Positions 24,769 through 37,739 of a stretch of 64,000 nt of DNA are shown piece by piece. The notes beneath the pieces are model-generated. The model ran no database searches, had not been told where the DNA came from, and saw only the letters and a program-made list of their open reading frames with translations. Numbering within the stretch: the stretch's first letter is position 1; each line of letters starts with the position of its first letter. The position numbers and the translations under genes are program-made. The DNA comes from Botryllus schlosseri (lineage: Eukaryota): assembly GCA_051294905.1 (NCBI GenBank), contig CM119372.1, positions 14,014,001 through 14,078,000 of the forward strand, in the 5' to 3' direction.

Positions 24769-25649
24769 TAGGGCGATTTTTTTTGACATGTCAAAAAAAG
24801 TCAAAATTAGGTCAAAATTGTAGCGTTAGGTCAAAAAATGTCAAAATTCATTACAAAGTTAAAGCTTTTTTGCAACCTGCATTTCGTTTGTATCATAGAT
24901 TTTGCACTTTCGGTGAACTTATCATTTGGCATTTTGCAACTTATAGCCTACTTTATAGGCCTACCGTTGTAGATTGTCCCTTGTCTACTCATTGGGAATC
25001 ATAATAAACATTCAAATGAAACAAATGGTGTTATGCTCAACGTACCGCAATATCCCAACTGAAGCAAGACTGCGTGGGCATTGCATGGTTCTTATCAAGA
25101 AGCGCACGATGAAAAATTTGTTATGTAGACAACGTTGTCAGAATGAAGCAAAACGGTTGGTCACCAGCAGTGTACGCACAACTTCAGTGTTGTCAGCCAA
25201 CAACTGCTGCTGTTGAACGTTCTTTCTCCATTCTTGGAAAGCTACTTAGTAAGGACAGACACTTTCTACCCGAGAATGTAGGAAAGTATCTTTCGTTGTA
25301 CTACAATTTGATTTAATTATTTCTACCATAATGCGTAATGTAAGTACTGGAATTCTTCATAGGGCCAAGGGCCAGATTTCGTTGAAATATAAGTTTTTTC
25401 ATGTAAAAATTTGTCAGTTTTTGAGCCAAAAAACGTTTCTTCAGGCCAAACTACATCGTAAGGACAGACAGTGCCAACCAGAAATGTATATTAGTAGTAC
25501 AATTTTAACATTATGTGCGAAAACACCTAATTTGCATACGCAAGGTCAAAATTTGGTCAAAATTCAGTTTTTTTAGGTCAAAGAAAGTCAAAATTTGGAT
25601 TTTTTAGGTCAAAATCTTCCGTTTTTTAGGTCAAAAAAAAATCGCCCTA
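24769..25649 (+). mobile_element. Internally deleted hAT element with GTCAAAA arrays and hATC remnant, copy 2
   Basis: TIRs TAGGGCGATTTTTTTTGAC / GTCAAAAAAAAATCGCCCTA; exact TSD ATCATGAG; encodes QPTTAAVERSFSILGKLLSKDRHFLPENVGKYLSLYYN (hAT dimerisation domain). Confidence 0.92.
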
Positions 25650-26104
25650 ATCATGAGCCATCATCAGTCATAAATCGGTCACGCAATGTAATTATAGCAG
25701 AAGCAGTGCACTGTGCAAAACTGTACAGTCTACGCTGCGTGCACACTGCACTGCACAGTCTGTAATACGAGTGTTTTAGAATGCGGCAATCAAGTGGAGA
25801 ACCCTGGTGGAATAATTTTATTTAGAAACGACAAATTCTGCTGCTATGACGTTGATTCGGGACGACAAGGTCTAGCAATGTGTCGTTTTTCTGGAACAGC
25901 ATAATTCGTTTATAAACGAGTGCGAGGTGAATTTTAGAATTGATTCAGTTGTTTGTTAGTCTTAGTGACTTGTTACAATGGTTTGGATATTCAGTGCGCA
26001 TGATTGAGATTAAAATTTTGCATTTGTCCCTGAGTTCGAGGTTAGCCGAGTGTGGCATTAGGGTTTACTGCACTATTGTGCATAGACCAAGTGTTATGCT
26101 GGTG

Positions 26105-27310
26105 TAGGGTTGCCATATACGTCCAGAATTTCCGGGACATGTCAGGAATTTCAGTGTTTGACCTATGTCCGGGAGGAAATGCTAGAATATACTCAAATGT
26201 GCGGAATTTAGACGACTTGAAAGGGGCTCAAAATGATTTCATGAATCCAAATAAACAATAACATATTTTGGTTCAAATTCATGCTACGGGAAATTTTTCT
26301 TCGCACTATGCGCGATTTAGTGGAACATATATGATTTAAATATGAGAAAATACAGTCAGATATGTGTCCATCATTTGCTGAAATAAGTCTAATTACAATC
26401 ACAATTATAAGAGAATGGCGCAGTCAGTTCAGGCCATTTGAATGCTTTAATCCAGTGGTTCTCAACCTTTTTCGACTCATCGCCCCTTATCAATCTTGAC
26501 ATATACTTCTCACCTGGTCCATATTTTCGAATCCGAGAAAGAGGACATATAAACTGGGAAAATTAACAGCTTGATTAGGTGGTAAATTGGCTAAAAAGGT
26601 CAACTTTGGCAGGATCCCTAAAAATCTCGGTCTCTTTTTTGTTAGTCAATCTTTGCAGCAGTTCCAAAATAACTCGTTTTTCACATGCATTTTATGCCGG
26701 TATCCAGTTGCCGTTTAATTAAATATATGTGCCTGAATGTTCAATCATTTCGCCGCTATCGCCCCCTTCGTATGTTTTCTCCCCTAATTGCCCCCTTCGT
26801 TATTTTCGGCTCCATGTTTCTCAAAATTGCGCATTGTGGGATGTTATCGCACCTGTTGGGATTGGAACCACTGTTTTAGTGAAAGACAATGGCTCTCAAC
26901 CTGGGGGCCGTTTGTTGCCCTTTTTTCTGGGGATTCCAATGATGTTGAACGTAATCAGCTTTCAATTCCATTCAGAGTAAGTCTGGCCAAAGGTGCTAAC
27001 TTTGTTGTAGGAATTCGATTACCAGAATCGCCAAACTAGACTTGTGTCGCTACAGAAAAAGTCCATATTTTTATGGATGTTATTTATAATATGTAGTGAA
27101 GCGCCAGACGATTTCATTGGCCTAAGGAGAAGTCTGTTTCACACTAAATGAAAATACCTGCTCTTGCAATCACCATAGTTATAGGCTACTGGGCCATCAG
27201 AGATGTGACGTCATACTGACAGATAATTTGTTCATACCTCCTTTAAAAACACACTATAGTGGGCGCTAAAGAGCGTCCATATATTGACCCACGAAAATAT
27301 GGTAAACCTA
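26105..27310. mobile_element. hAT (Blackjack-like) non-autonomous element
   Basis: TIRs TAGGGTTGCCATAT / ATATGGTAAACCTA; GTCC motifs; contains nested 26453-26873. Confidence 0.68.
26453..26873. mobile_element. hAT MITE related to 5274-5646
   Basis: CAGTGGTTCTCAACC.TTTTTCGACTCATCGCCCC start; TTGGAACCACTG end; TCGCCCCCTTCG motifs. Confidence 0.72.
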
Positions 27311-27721
27311 AGCTAATGTAAGACTCGAACTGCCTTTTATAAAACAAAAGCTCGTTGAAATATACAGTAGGCTATTTGTAGTCCTGGTTACAATTAATGT
27401 GGACCACGTATCATATTAATTTGTGCCTCACCCTGTACAGTTTAGCCGCGCTGCAATTGTACGTATTGTTGGGCCAACAATCAACACGCCAGATTAATTT
27501 GTGCCTCTGTATGTATTGTTTCACAGTACTGCGGTGGGCGGTACTTTGTCATTTCGACATCCTTCTATAGTCCTATCCGTCCATTGCATTGCATTGTGCC
27601 TTGTGTATTTCGTTGTCCACTTTGTCTTGAGCAGATGAAAATAGTATAACTGCTGAATATGAATTCGTTAGGCCAACAATCTGTGTGGGAGAGTAATATG
27701 TGCGTCACATTGTATTGGAAG

Positions 27722-29750
27722 CAGACATGGGGTGATTACTTCATGAATGTAATCGATTGCGATTACGATTACTTCGGAATCACGCGATTACGATTACGAT
27801 TACGATTACAGCAAAATCAGGAAGTATTCGATTACGATTACGATTACATTGGAAAAGTAATCACGATTACTCACGATTACATTTATTTTGCATCTTAGTA
27901 ATTATATTGGAAGACAATACATGGATTGCGCTGAAAAGGGCTAATGAGATAACATCTTTCTTTAAAACAGATGCGACATTTGCTTGTTGCGTCATAATGT
28001 ACATATTGCCCATTTTATAGAGGACGATTTATCGCACCCAATGATTTGCATTCTTGCCAGATCCATAACTGCTGCACCCCAAATTCCCCAATAGGGTGGG
28101 GAGAGTGCTCGGAGGGGACTCAAAAGTATTTCGTGAACAAACATAAATTATAGAGTATTCTCGACAGATTTCATTAACTTGAAAATTCTCTTTGAGCTTT
28201 GCCATTTAAATGTCTCTACATAGCTTGATTTCGAAATGCATACGTCTCCCCTCAAGAAATAAAGGATGAAAAATTCATAGTAATAGGCATTTTGGTGCCA
28301 GTCAATACCGCGCCCCGACACACCAAAAGACATATGCAGTTTCGGCTAACATGTGACTCTATGAAGTGTGCTATCAAAGAAAAACGTTGGCCGAAACTTG
28401 GCGTATGTGTCCATTGTCCATAGCCGCGCTTGGTGGGCGTGACTAACAGTCCGGTCCTTCCAATCTGCGCCCACGATGCAAATGCCATGCAGGCACCCGC
28501 AGAGCATTAGACATGGCAATTTGTGTGTGCGTCTCACGTAAGTTTTTCTTCTAGTCTGCTAAGTTTGGGCCACTACAATATCTTTTGACTATATAACAGA
28601 CCGGAGGTCACGAATTAACAACATGTACTACAGTAATTATTGCAAGATACCAGATGTTATAATTATGGATTACGCGCCCCCTGCTCTTCAGGTAAGTCTG
28701 ACCATCGGGGGCTGAGATAGGATTAAAAAATGCAATATAATGCAATTACCAATGTTATTGACGAAATTAAATCTTCAAGTTGAAAATTGACTACCCTTTG
28801 GGAGCCCACGACCAACGTTTGGAGTGGAGGACGATTTTGCTGTTTTGATCCTGATTCTAGTTACAACCCACGCTAACATGGTATATAAGCCGATGGCTGT
28901 GGCGGCAGGTCCAAATCTTCAGTAAAGAATTATGAACTAGCAATTGGCGCCAGTTTTGAGTAGAATAATATAAGAATAAGAGAAGGTGAAAATAAAGTTC
29001 TACCTCCAACTTAATACAGATAATGTAATGCAAGCTGCCATTACGAGAAACGGCAAAAACGGCGCGGTTATAATATATATCAGCAGCTGTTGATTTCTAA
29101 TGCTTCGTTGTGGAAACCGTAATATTTTATTTGACGAGTACAAAATTTCAAACCTTTGTCTGGTGTACGTTCGTATCAGCACATAGGCTTACTGCTCGTA
29201 AAGCAGCAACGGTCAAATTGCGTTTAACTAAGCATAACCAAACATCAATACAAAAGTTGCTATTTTAAACCAGGCAGAGAGGTGGTTATATAATTATCCT
29301 GCAGCGAGGTAGTGGCGTCTGAAATGTATTGATAACCCGATCCCTACTGAATGGTGGGTGTTTTACAATCACACTAATGTACGTACATCGAATATCTATT
29401 TACTATAAGTGTGGAATGTGGATACTTCTACGCAAAGACGAGCAAAGCTAATATGTTACTTCTGACGTAATAATGAGCAATGGCATTTGAAAATCAGACG
29501 TTTGTGACTCAATACTTGGTATAATATCTCTTGCTTGTTAACGAATGTTCAGTTTTATGTCACAGTCGTCGTACAAATAAAAAGTAATCGTTCTTTCACA
29601 AAGAAATCGATTAAATATGCGAAGTAGTCGATTACGATTACGATTACTTCGGAATTTTTTCGAATGTAATCGATTGCGATTACGATTACTTGAAAATGCT
29701 GTAATCGTCGTAATCGATTACGATTACTAATCGCGATTACCCCATGTCTG
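27722..29750. mobile_element. Non-autonomous hAT element with (CGATTA)n arrays, copy 2 (inverted relative to 2620-5110)
   Basis: TIR CAGACATGGGGT.AT; exact TSD ATTGGAAG (27714-27721, 29751-29758). Confidence 0.92.
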
Positions 29751-30220
29751 ATTGGAAGACCTGTGCTGGACTGAAAAAAATACACATTCTACAAACATAC
29801 TGGCAACAGGCATATGTCCATGCTGTATCAGCATTGTTTATGATAAATTGCGCAATCACAGATGAAGCATGGCCCATCTCTGCCTCCCCTCACCTTTCGC
29901 CATAATTGAGAACAATATATATGCAGATTGTCTGATTTCCAAAAGATCATTACCCATATATCAATAATAATCAAACTTTTTTGATATTTTCTTTTGCTTC
30001 TCATGATGACTTCCACATCCCTTATTGTTACTCCACTTAAATCCTTATTTAACCACTAAATTAGTCTGTCTGAACTAACCTGCCCTTCAGGAGCAGTCCG
30101 ATCAGTTCTCAGTTTAGGTTGTAGGCTACCCAACCGCATAGCTCAAAAGTTGACTATGTGTATTGTGTACTTACTCCACAGAAAAACACAAACTACGAAG
30201 TCATTAATTAGGTTCTTATC

Positions 30221-33200
30221 ATGGAAGACCTGTTTAACATCAAGAAGAAGCTGCCAAAAGATAAGAGGACGTTTTACTGGGATGATAAATTGCCGTCGTT
30301 GCCTTTGCCTTCAGTTCACGGAACCATTAAAAAGTACTTGGATTCTTGCAAAGCAAGTTAGTATATGAATGAATATTTCTGCTGTTCGATCAAGTGACCA
30401 AGACCAAGTATATTCACGTTGAAGGATTTAGAAGCATGTTTTCGATGATTGTTAAGTATAGTCAATCCAAGGTAAATGATAATCTAGTACGGTACTGAAT
30501 CATTTAAATGAGTATGTAGGCTATCAGTAAAGCAGCAAACCTTTCATCGTTTCATGCAACACGAGATTTGATCGAGTTATTGTGGTGTATACGAACGCAA
30601 TTAAAGAGAGAGAGAGGTATGATATTCTTTCTCGCCTGCACCATCGAGATGCTTTTAGCGACGGAGTTGCGATACGGCCCCATGAGGTCATCTAGTCTGC
30701 GCCCCCGTTTGTTTTTCTCCTCCATGCTATCCGTGATTGCTGAGCGCCTAGCAGGATAGCTGCGGATACCATTTTTCGAGTCTTTGGTATGGGGATCGAA
30801 CCCACGACCTACCGCTCGAGAAGCCGGACGCATAACCATTACACTATCTCTCACACTGAAAATTCCCCCTTTCACCTGGATCATTACATTTAATTCTAAT
30901 AACTAATGAGTAAGGAGATTTCTGCCGTTCATTTATGTAGTTAGTAGCGTTATAATATTTCATTTCCTGATTGCCATCATCCTGGTCAGCCTTGGGACTA
31001 AATTCATACAGTTGTTTAGTAAATTGCAGTTTGTATTAAATTTGTATTTTTTTCATCTTGGTCTCGTCAGTTCTGACCGATGAAGAATATGAACAAACAG
31101 AAAAGATTTGCATGGACTTCTCCGAAAATGATGCTATGGATTTTCAACTCCCGCTGATGCACAAAGCAACCAGTAAGTGTTTCATACATTGAACCTATAC
31201 CTGTATTGACCTACAGTGGGTACCTATCAAATCTAATGAATTGCAATCTGAGCTCTTTCAAAACCGTTTGGATATCTGTGTTAGCAGAATAATTATCCTT
31301 ATGGACAGCTTTGGTATGATGTGATTGATACTTGTCAGGCAACGTAGCGTATAGAATACAACTGGTCAGGTCATGTGCATTTAGTTATGTGTCTTATTGA
31401 CTTATCCTTCTAAATTTTAGATAACAACGGAACCGCTTTTCCTGTAGGCCAGGGGTGGCCAACCTGCGGCCGTGGACACGTAATTCAATTAGTATGTGTA
31501 GGCGGCCGTCGACATGCAATTGGAATTAACGAATTGACTCCCGATTTATGAGAGATTTTATTTAATATTGAAATTTTCTTTCCGCTGCACGCGATTCAAT
31601 ATGTCGAATATGACTTAATTTTTTTATTTTGATATAGTAGAGCCCTTTGCAATTAGATCCAAGTTATCAACCTTTGAGGTCATGTAACCCAACCTTCTAT
31701 TTGGCATCATGGTGGCCAACCCCAATCCTTTATTACACATCAAATGAGCTCAATGCAACATTCTGGGATATTCCGTCCCAAGTTCCGTGGTTTGATAACA
31801 ACACTAAGATTCTTTCAATCAAGGCACATTTAATATCATTAAAATTTTGTTGATTTGCAGAGGAACGTAATTGGCTGGCGAAATGGTGGGATGAATATGC
31901 ATACCTCAAAGTACGGTCACCTATCATGTATTACTATTTTGCTGGACCGTCTCCATTTTTACATGACGGCTGGTCACTGCAAGAAGGAACTCAAGTGCGT
32001 TGTCATTATTTTTCAGCCACGCCATGACCCGGCATTTTGCTTAACAATAGTATTCATGTTGCAGCTGGAGCGTTCCGCCATTGTATTGTACAATGTTATG
32101 CAGTTCTGGTTAGCTTTGAAACACGAAGTCTACCCACAGCATATATTGAAAGATAAGAATATGACAATGCGCCAATTCAGGTATAAATTTTAATAATACT
32201 CTCTGCAGTCATGCAACTAGGCCTATGCATTCGCGAGCTACTGTTTTTGCAACTGATTGGGGGCATGTGATTTCTAAAAAATATGAATTATGGAATTCAG
32301 TATATTTGCAACAAATGATAACAAATTACTGAGACATATAGGATGACCTGTTTCGAAATCTGCAGTGATTCATCGATATTATCGTGGATATCAACCGAAC
32401 TCCAGTAATATTGCCTTTCATGTGCATTTGTTTATAGACAGCTGTTTCCTCATGCTGTTTCCATGAGATTTTGCATAGACAATAGTTATTACAGGTGCCG
32501 ACATGTCATCGTACAGCCGGTACAGGCATGTAGTGATTGTTGATCTATTTGCAATATGAGTAATGCTTGATTGTCGGCAATGAGCACTGTGACGTGTCTT
32601 GTGTTTGCCTACTTCTACAGCAAACAATTCTGTAATAAGCTTGTTTCCATAAGGACATTGATGATATTCTTAGATAAACAGATCAATGACCGGTGCAAGA
32701 ATGTGAGTCCAATGTTAATGCTTTATTGCTCTTATACGTTTTTTGCAGATATATGTTCAATACTTGTCGCATTCCAAAGCAGGGGCAAGATGATATCTAC
32801 CATTCGTTCAAGACAGTTTCTGAAGGGGAGTCGCCCACTCATATTATTGTGTTTTTCCGTAATCGCATGTACAAAATGCAAGGACTGAACGCAGATAGTG
32901 GTATGTCTATAGTCTGTAAATCATTGATTTGTATCCATGACCACTTGACTGGATTCCTTATGTGGTTTTTGTATTAGCTGACTGGGTATATATTTTTCAG
33001 GGGACATCTTGACTCCTCCAGAATTCTATGCAATCCTCAAATCCATTGTTGACAATGCACCGAAAAGTTATGATGCTAGCATCTCTGCCCTGACATGCCT
33101 TGAAAGAGACAGTTGGGCTGATGCAAGAGAACACATGATCAGTATATCAGATGTAAACAAAGAAAACTTGTACAATATAGAGAGTGCATTGCTATGTTTT

Positions 33201-35906
33201 TGTTTGGATGAAAGCAAACCTCAGGTGTGTATTCTGTTCATGGGATTTTTTTCTTGCGTGGTAACATATTTTGCAGTAACATATTGTTGTTCATCAATCT
33301 ATTTTTACTGCATCGTGTCTGTGGCTGTCAATAGTCAAATGCTTTGTTTGGTTGGCCATGAAATAGTGGGCGATGCTGGGCAAAGTAATCACTGATGATA
33401 TGAGGTGCTCTTTGAGACTGGCCAAAGCTAATTTACACAGATATAACTAGCACTAGATATCGGTATCATTCACAGGTAGTACAATGCGGTCTGTACCAGA
33501 CCAGATTTGCTTGCGAATGACTGATAGATGACATATGTCATGTAAATGCTCGAATGGCACTTAATATTGATCATTGTCATTTCACATATAAATGGAATGG
33601 ATTTGACGTGTCCACAAAGTTCATTTTGAATGAGTATTCAGATACTGTTCAAGGAAAAGTGGGACTAGTTAAAACTTGAAATTCAGTGGAAGAATTAACC
33701 ACAGTACTTAATTGAATGACTGATGATTAATGAATGATTTAAAAAAAATTAATATTACATCATCATTGGTCTTCTGTGATACTATACTGAACGACACCAT
33801 ACAATGTATAAGAAACATCCATAGGCCTAGACGGCTGGCTTACTAGGCACCGGCTTCCTTATACAAAGGTACTTTCTGAATTTGACAGAATTACACCGAC
33901 TTGTACAGTCTTGGACTTCGGGGACCTTGTGCTAATAGGTGGAATGACAAATCCTTCAACTACACTTGTTCTGCGAACGGCGGTCTGGTCGCCACTTGCG
34001 ATCATTCCCCATACGAGGCGTTGATACTAACAATATTTGTGCAACATGCTTCTTCACTAATGAAAATGGCTGAAAAAGAATTCCAGAAACCTTGGAACGC
34101 GAGTAATATGGATTTGCAAGATTTGAGTTTTTATGACCTGCGTAATTGTGTCGCTTATTTTGCTTCTTCAGAGGTTGGTGGCGTAGAGGAATTGGTTTTC
34201 GACTTTGATGATAAGCTGCAGGATTGGATGAGACGGGGGCTAACGGAATACAACAAATTTGCATCCAACCTCCAAGTTACGATGAAACTGCACACGGAAA
34301 TCGGAAAGTCTGCCATGAGGGACTTGAAGGTTCGCCCCGAAATGAAATTGTACAACGAATTTTTGGAGTTATTCAATGAATTGAATGTCTCTACCAGGTA
34401 CATCCGGATGGTTTCATGCAAATATGCATACAGCTAACTTACATGAAACTCTACGGCAAACCTGCTCCGACATATGAGACTGCAACTACCAGAGGGTGTG
34501 TCCTGTGAACCCTGATGACATCGGATGGAATCAGAATTATTTATTGACTGCTACTTACAGATATTACAACGGCCGTACTGAAACAGTTAGAACTTGCACT
34601 CCAGAGGTAGTTGATTTTTGCCGATCATTCATCAATGGTACCGGTATGTCTCTTGAATTTTTCAACTAATTTCGTTTTATCGGGATTGATTGGTTTCAAG
34701 TGAATATGGATCTATATTATAGCTGCCTTGGACTGCCAAGCTTTGTTCTACAAGGCTCACGATAAGTTTGTGTGGTTGATGGAAGAATGCAAAAAAGGCT
34801 TCGGATGTGATCGTCATCTAATGGGAATGTCACTCCAAGCAATGGTAGGTATTGATGTGCTGAGTAAAACAAGTTTTTAAAATCTCCTCGACTGATAAAC
34901 CGCAGACATGGGCATATTATACACTGACACAAATGGCAATGGTAACACAAAGCGCTAAAAGTTTGTGAAATGCCGGATTTCTGTGAGACTGTACCAATGA
35001 CATTCCTTCTCAAGCAGCTGTACATTTTGTACACTGTACTGGGCCTGTACAGTGTACAGTACGTACGAGTAAATGTCAGGTACTGGCTATAGGAATGTTC
35101 TGAGTTCAGATGGCCAGTTTCTTCCACTCCACATGTTTTTTAGAAATTGATGTAAAATCAACCATGATTATGCAACAAAATATTGTGGCTTTGAGCTATG
35201 TTGCTAATCGTCATTTGACGCAAGTGTGTACTTTGTACATGGCACATTGGTGTCCAGTGCAGATCAGCGATGTCAATTCTTGTATTGACCGTATTCCAGA
35301 CCATTACCACCACATCAGCATAATTGGCACACTTACAGTGCCAGAGACCTGGAAAAGTTGACACCCATAGTGCTAAAAACAGTCATACAGTTATGCTACT
35401 ATTTGTAAGGTTATATCGTTATATGCTCCGCTTCTAGTTTTTACATGGATATTGAGTTTCACACTTGTGTATGTGTCTGGTTGTGCCATACACTTTAAAA
35501 GCTACGTCTCAAAGTGGAATTATTTACAGGAAAGTGGGGAAAAAATTCCAGAGATATTCACTGATCCTGCTTTTCATAAAACTGGAGGTGGCGGAAACTT
35601 TGTCCTGTCCTCGAGCTTTACGGGATATTATGACGTAAGCTGGCTATACTTGTTTTTCATTCTCTTCTTATGATTAATGGTAGCTCTTTTTTATCTCTTT
35701 ATCAACAGGCCACTGGTGGCGTTGCACCAATGGTGGAGAATGGATATGGGATTTTCTACTGTATCAATAACGACCGCATCACTGTAACGGCGTCAGCGTG
35801 GAACAGTTGCCGTAGCACCGATACCGAGCAATTTATAGCCGCGCTTCTGCTAACTATTAGTCAAGTTCAAGATATGTTGAAAACCCCATTGACATCGAAG
35901 CTTTAA
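30221..35906 (+). CDS. CROT: Peroxisomal carnitine O-octanoyltransferase-like, paralogue 2 (13 coding exons, about 613 aa)
   Basis: Exons 30221-30356, 31071-31172, 31861-31994, 32065-32180, 32749-32900, 33001-33224, 33889-34102, 34172-34329, 34398-34495, 34561-34643 (alternative donor after 34637), 34723-34844, 35530-35634, 35709-35906 join in frame (1842 nt). Motifs: LPSLPLP, RNWLAKWW, FNTCRIP, NRWNDKS, CDHSPYEA, VHPDGFMQ, YETATTR.YYNGRTETVR, GCDRHLMG, TGGGGNFVLSSS, PMVENGYG, and PTS1 SKL. Confidence 0.93.
30600..30856 (-). mobile_element. tRNA-derived SINE (Meta-domain-like) in CROT paralogue 2 intron 1
   Basis: Minus strand: A-box-like TAGTGTAATGG, B-box GGTTCGATCC, CATACCAAAGACTCGAAAAATGGTA core, (CT)n tail. 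Confidence 0.8.
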
Positions 35907-36112
35907 TTCACTTTCCGCTATCATTTTATATATTTTTAATTATCGCCCATCTAATTTATTGATTTGCAAAATTTTGTCGGTCGGGCTTTGTCTTGCTTGC
36001 GTGTCGCAGTGGTGACTTTTATATGTTATATAAGTTGCAATATTATATTAGATACGATCGCAATGAATTTATGTTGTAGGCCATATAGGAATGGTTTTAA
36101 AACTTCTAAGAG

Positions 36113-36637
36113 CAGTGTTTCTCAGCATTTTTGACCTCGCGGACTGGCAAAACTTGAAAACAAATGTTGCTGACTGATGAACCTTCAAAAATCAGAAATA
36201 ACCCTAAATTTAGGTTCGACAGATACGCAACTCAAATGTAAAACTTTATTGAATGCTCATGTTTTTATGCTAGATATTGTATACATCGGTTCTACTCAAG
36301 TCTCAGCAAGGTAACTCCCTGTTGATTGTGATTTGTAAATCAGGATTGTTCGGTTTTCTTTGAAAGTAATGAGACTCTCGTTTTCTATAGCCTCTATTAT
36401 ACTGCCAAGTGCGCTTAATTGCACTGTCGGAATTTAACGCAGTTTGTAGCTTTCACATAGAACATGTCCGAAACTTTGCAACAGTTCCGCACAACACTTG
36501 CACCATTGTGACGTGCGCCCAAAGTAGACCATGAATTCTCTATTACAACATCAAATGCGTTCAGAACTTCTAAATCAATTTAAAATATATTTTATATTTG
36601 GCGGACCGGCAGGAAACTTGCCACGGCTGAGAACCAG
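36113..36637. mobile_element. hAT MITE
   Basis: CAGTGTTTCTCAGC ... GCTGAGAACCAG termini; GCGGAC(T/C)GGCA subterminal motifs; TCTA.GAG-like flanks. Confidence 0.62.
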
Positions 36638-37739
36638 TTCTAGAGCACGGCCAGATCTTGAGTTCATAAACATCTCGTGTCCACTGCCTCGCACATAGAA
36701 AATAATGTGTCGTGATTTTTAAAGTTCGCATTTTCCTTCCGAGCATGTTTGAGATTGAGATAGTTAAAGGCACAAACAACCGGTTGTAGTAGGCTCAACA
36801 GTGATATATTAAAACATTGATTCAGTGTGATTAATGTCATTGAAATACACCCTTCTATTTACAATGAACGCCTTCGTTTTATGGAGATGGAATGCGTGCA
36901 GACGTTAGTGTCCCCCGAGCTGTCTGGTTACGGACTCCTTGTTGGAAATTTTCAAGCTCGTGGAAACCTAAATCCTGGAAATTGACGCATTCAAAATCTT
37001 GCTATGACTTATAGTCGGATCAATTCCTTCTGATTTGTTGCTTCTCTTGTGACCCCATGTTCGAGTTACCTGGTAATGGAACTGCTCGATCCAAATGTTC
37101 TCGTTAGTATTCTTCTTCTTCGGGTTTTGGTGCTCAATTGTTACTTTCATATTCTGTCATATTGGATAAATGTGCATCGTTCTAATCAGTGGGATCGTTA
37201 TGAGAACCTACTTGCCAAAATATTTGCAAAACATTGTCCATTCCCGAGCCATGGATATAATGGATGATGGATGATCAATTGATCATTGATCCATCCATTG
37301 ACCCATTAGGGGTGTTAAAAAAACTTCATTTTTCAAATTTTATCTGCTTAATCGTCAGGTTACCCAAAAAACGTTTCACGTCAAATTTGACTCAATTCCA
37401 ACCAGTGCACTGTGCAGCACACTGCACAGCCGACAGTAGTCCTATAGCTGGCGACCCGAGAGCTAAAATTTAATCAAACTGGTCTCAATCGAAAGCTATG
37501 AGCATGGCAATGGAACCACCCCAAAATTGCCGATTGTTCCGAGCAATCGGAGCGCCGTAACACAATGGCCAATTAACCCTGATAATTGAAATTGTATCGA
37601 GCGAATATTCGGAATAATTCCGATTTTCAGACGGCTATTTCGGGGTGGTTTCATTTGCCCTGACTAGCTTTTAAATTGAATTTCCGGAATCAGGGCTTAT
37701 TGCATCAGTATTGTTAAATGGGAGTCAGCTGCGGAAATC

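Noticed and set aside
2620..29750. The two inverted TAATCG elements as ends of one giant composite transposon carrying CROT paralogue 1
   Set aside because: Each copy has its own matching TSD pair and the outer flanks (GTACTATT vs ATTGGAAG) differ, so they inserted independently.
33901..34437. 178-aa ORF as a single exon
   Set aside because: It reads through two introns (34103-34171 and 34330-34397) defined by comparison with paralogue 1.
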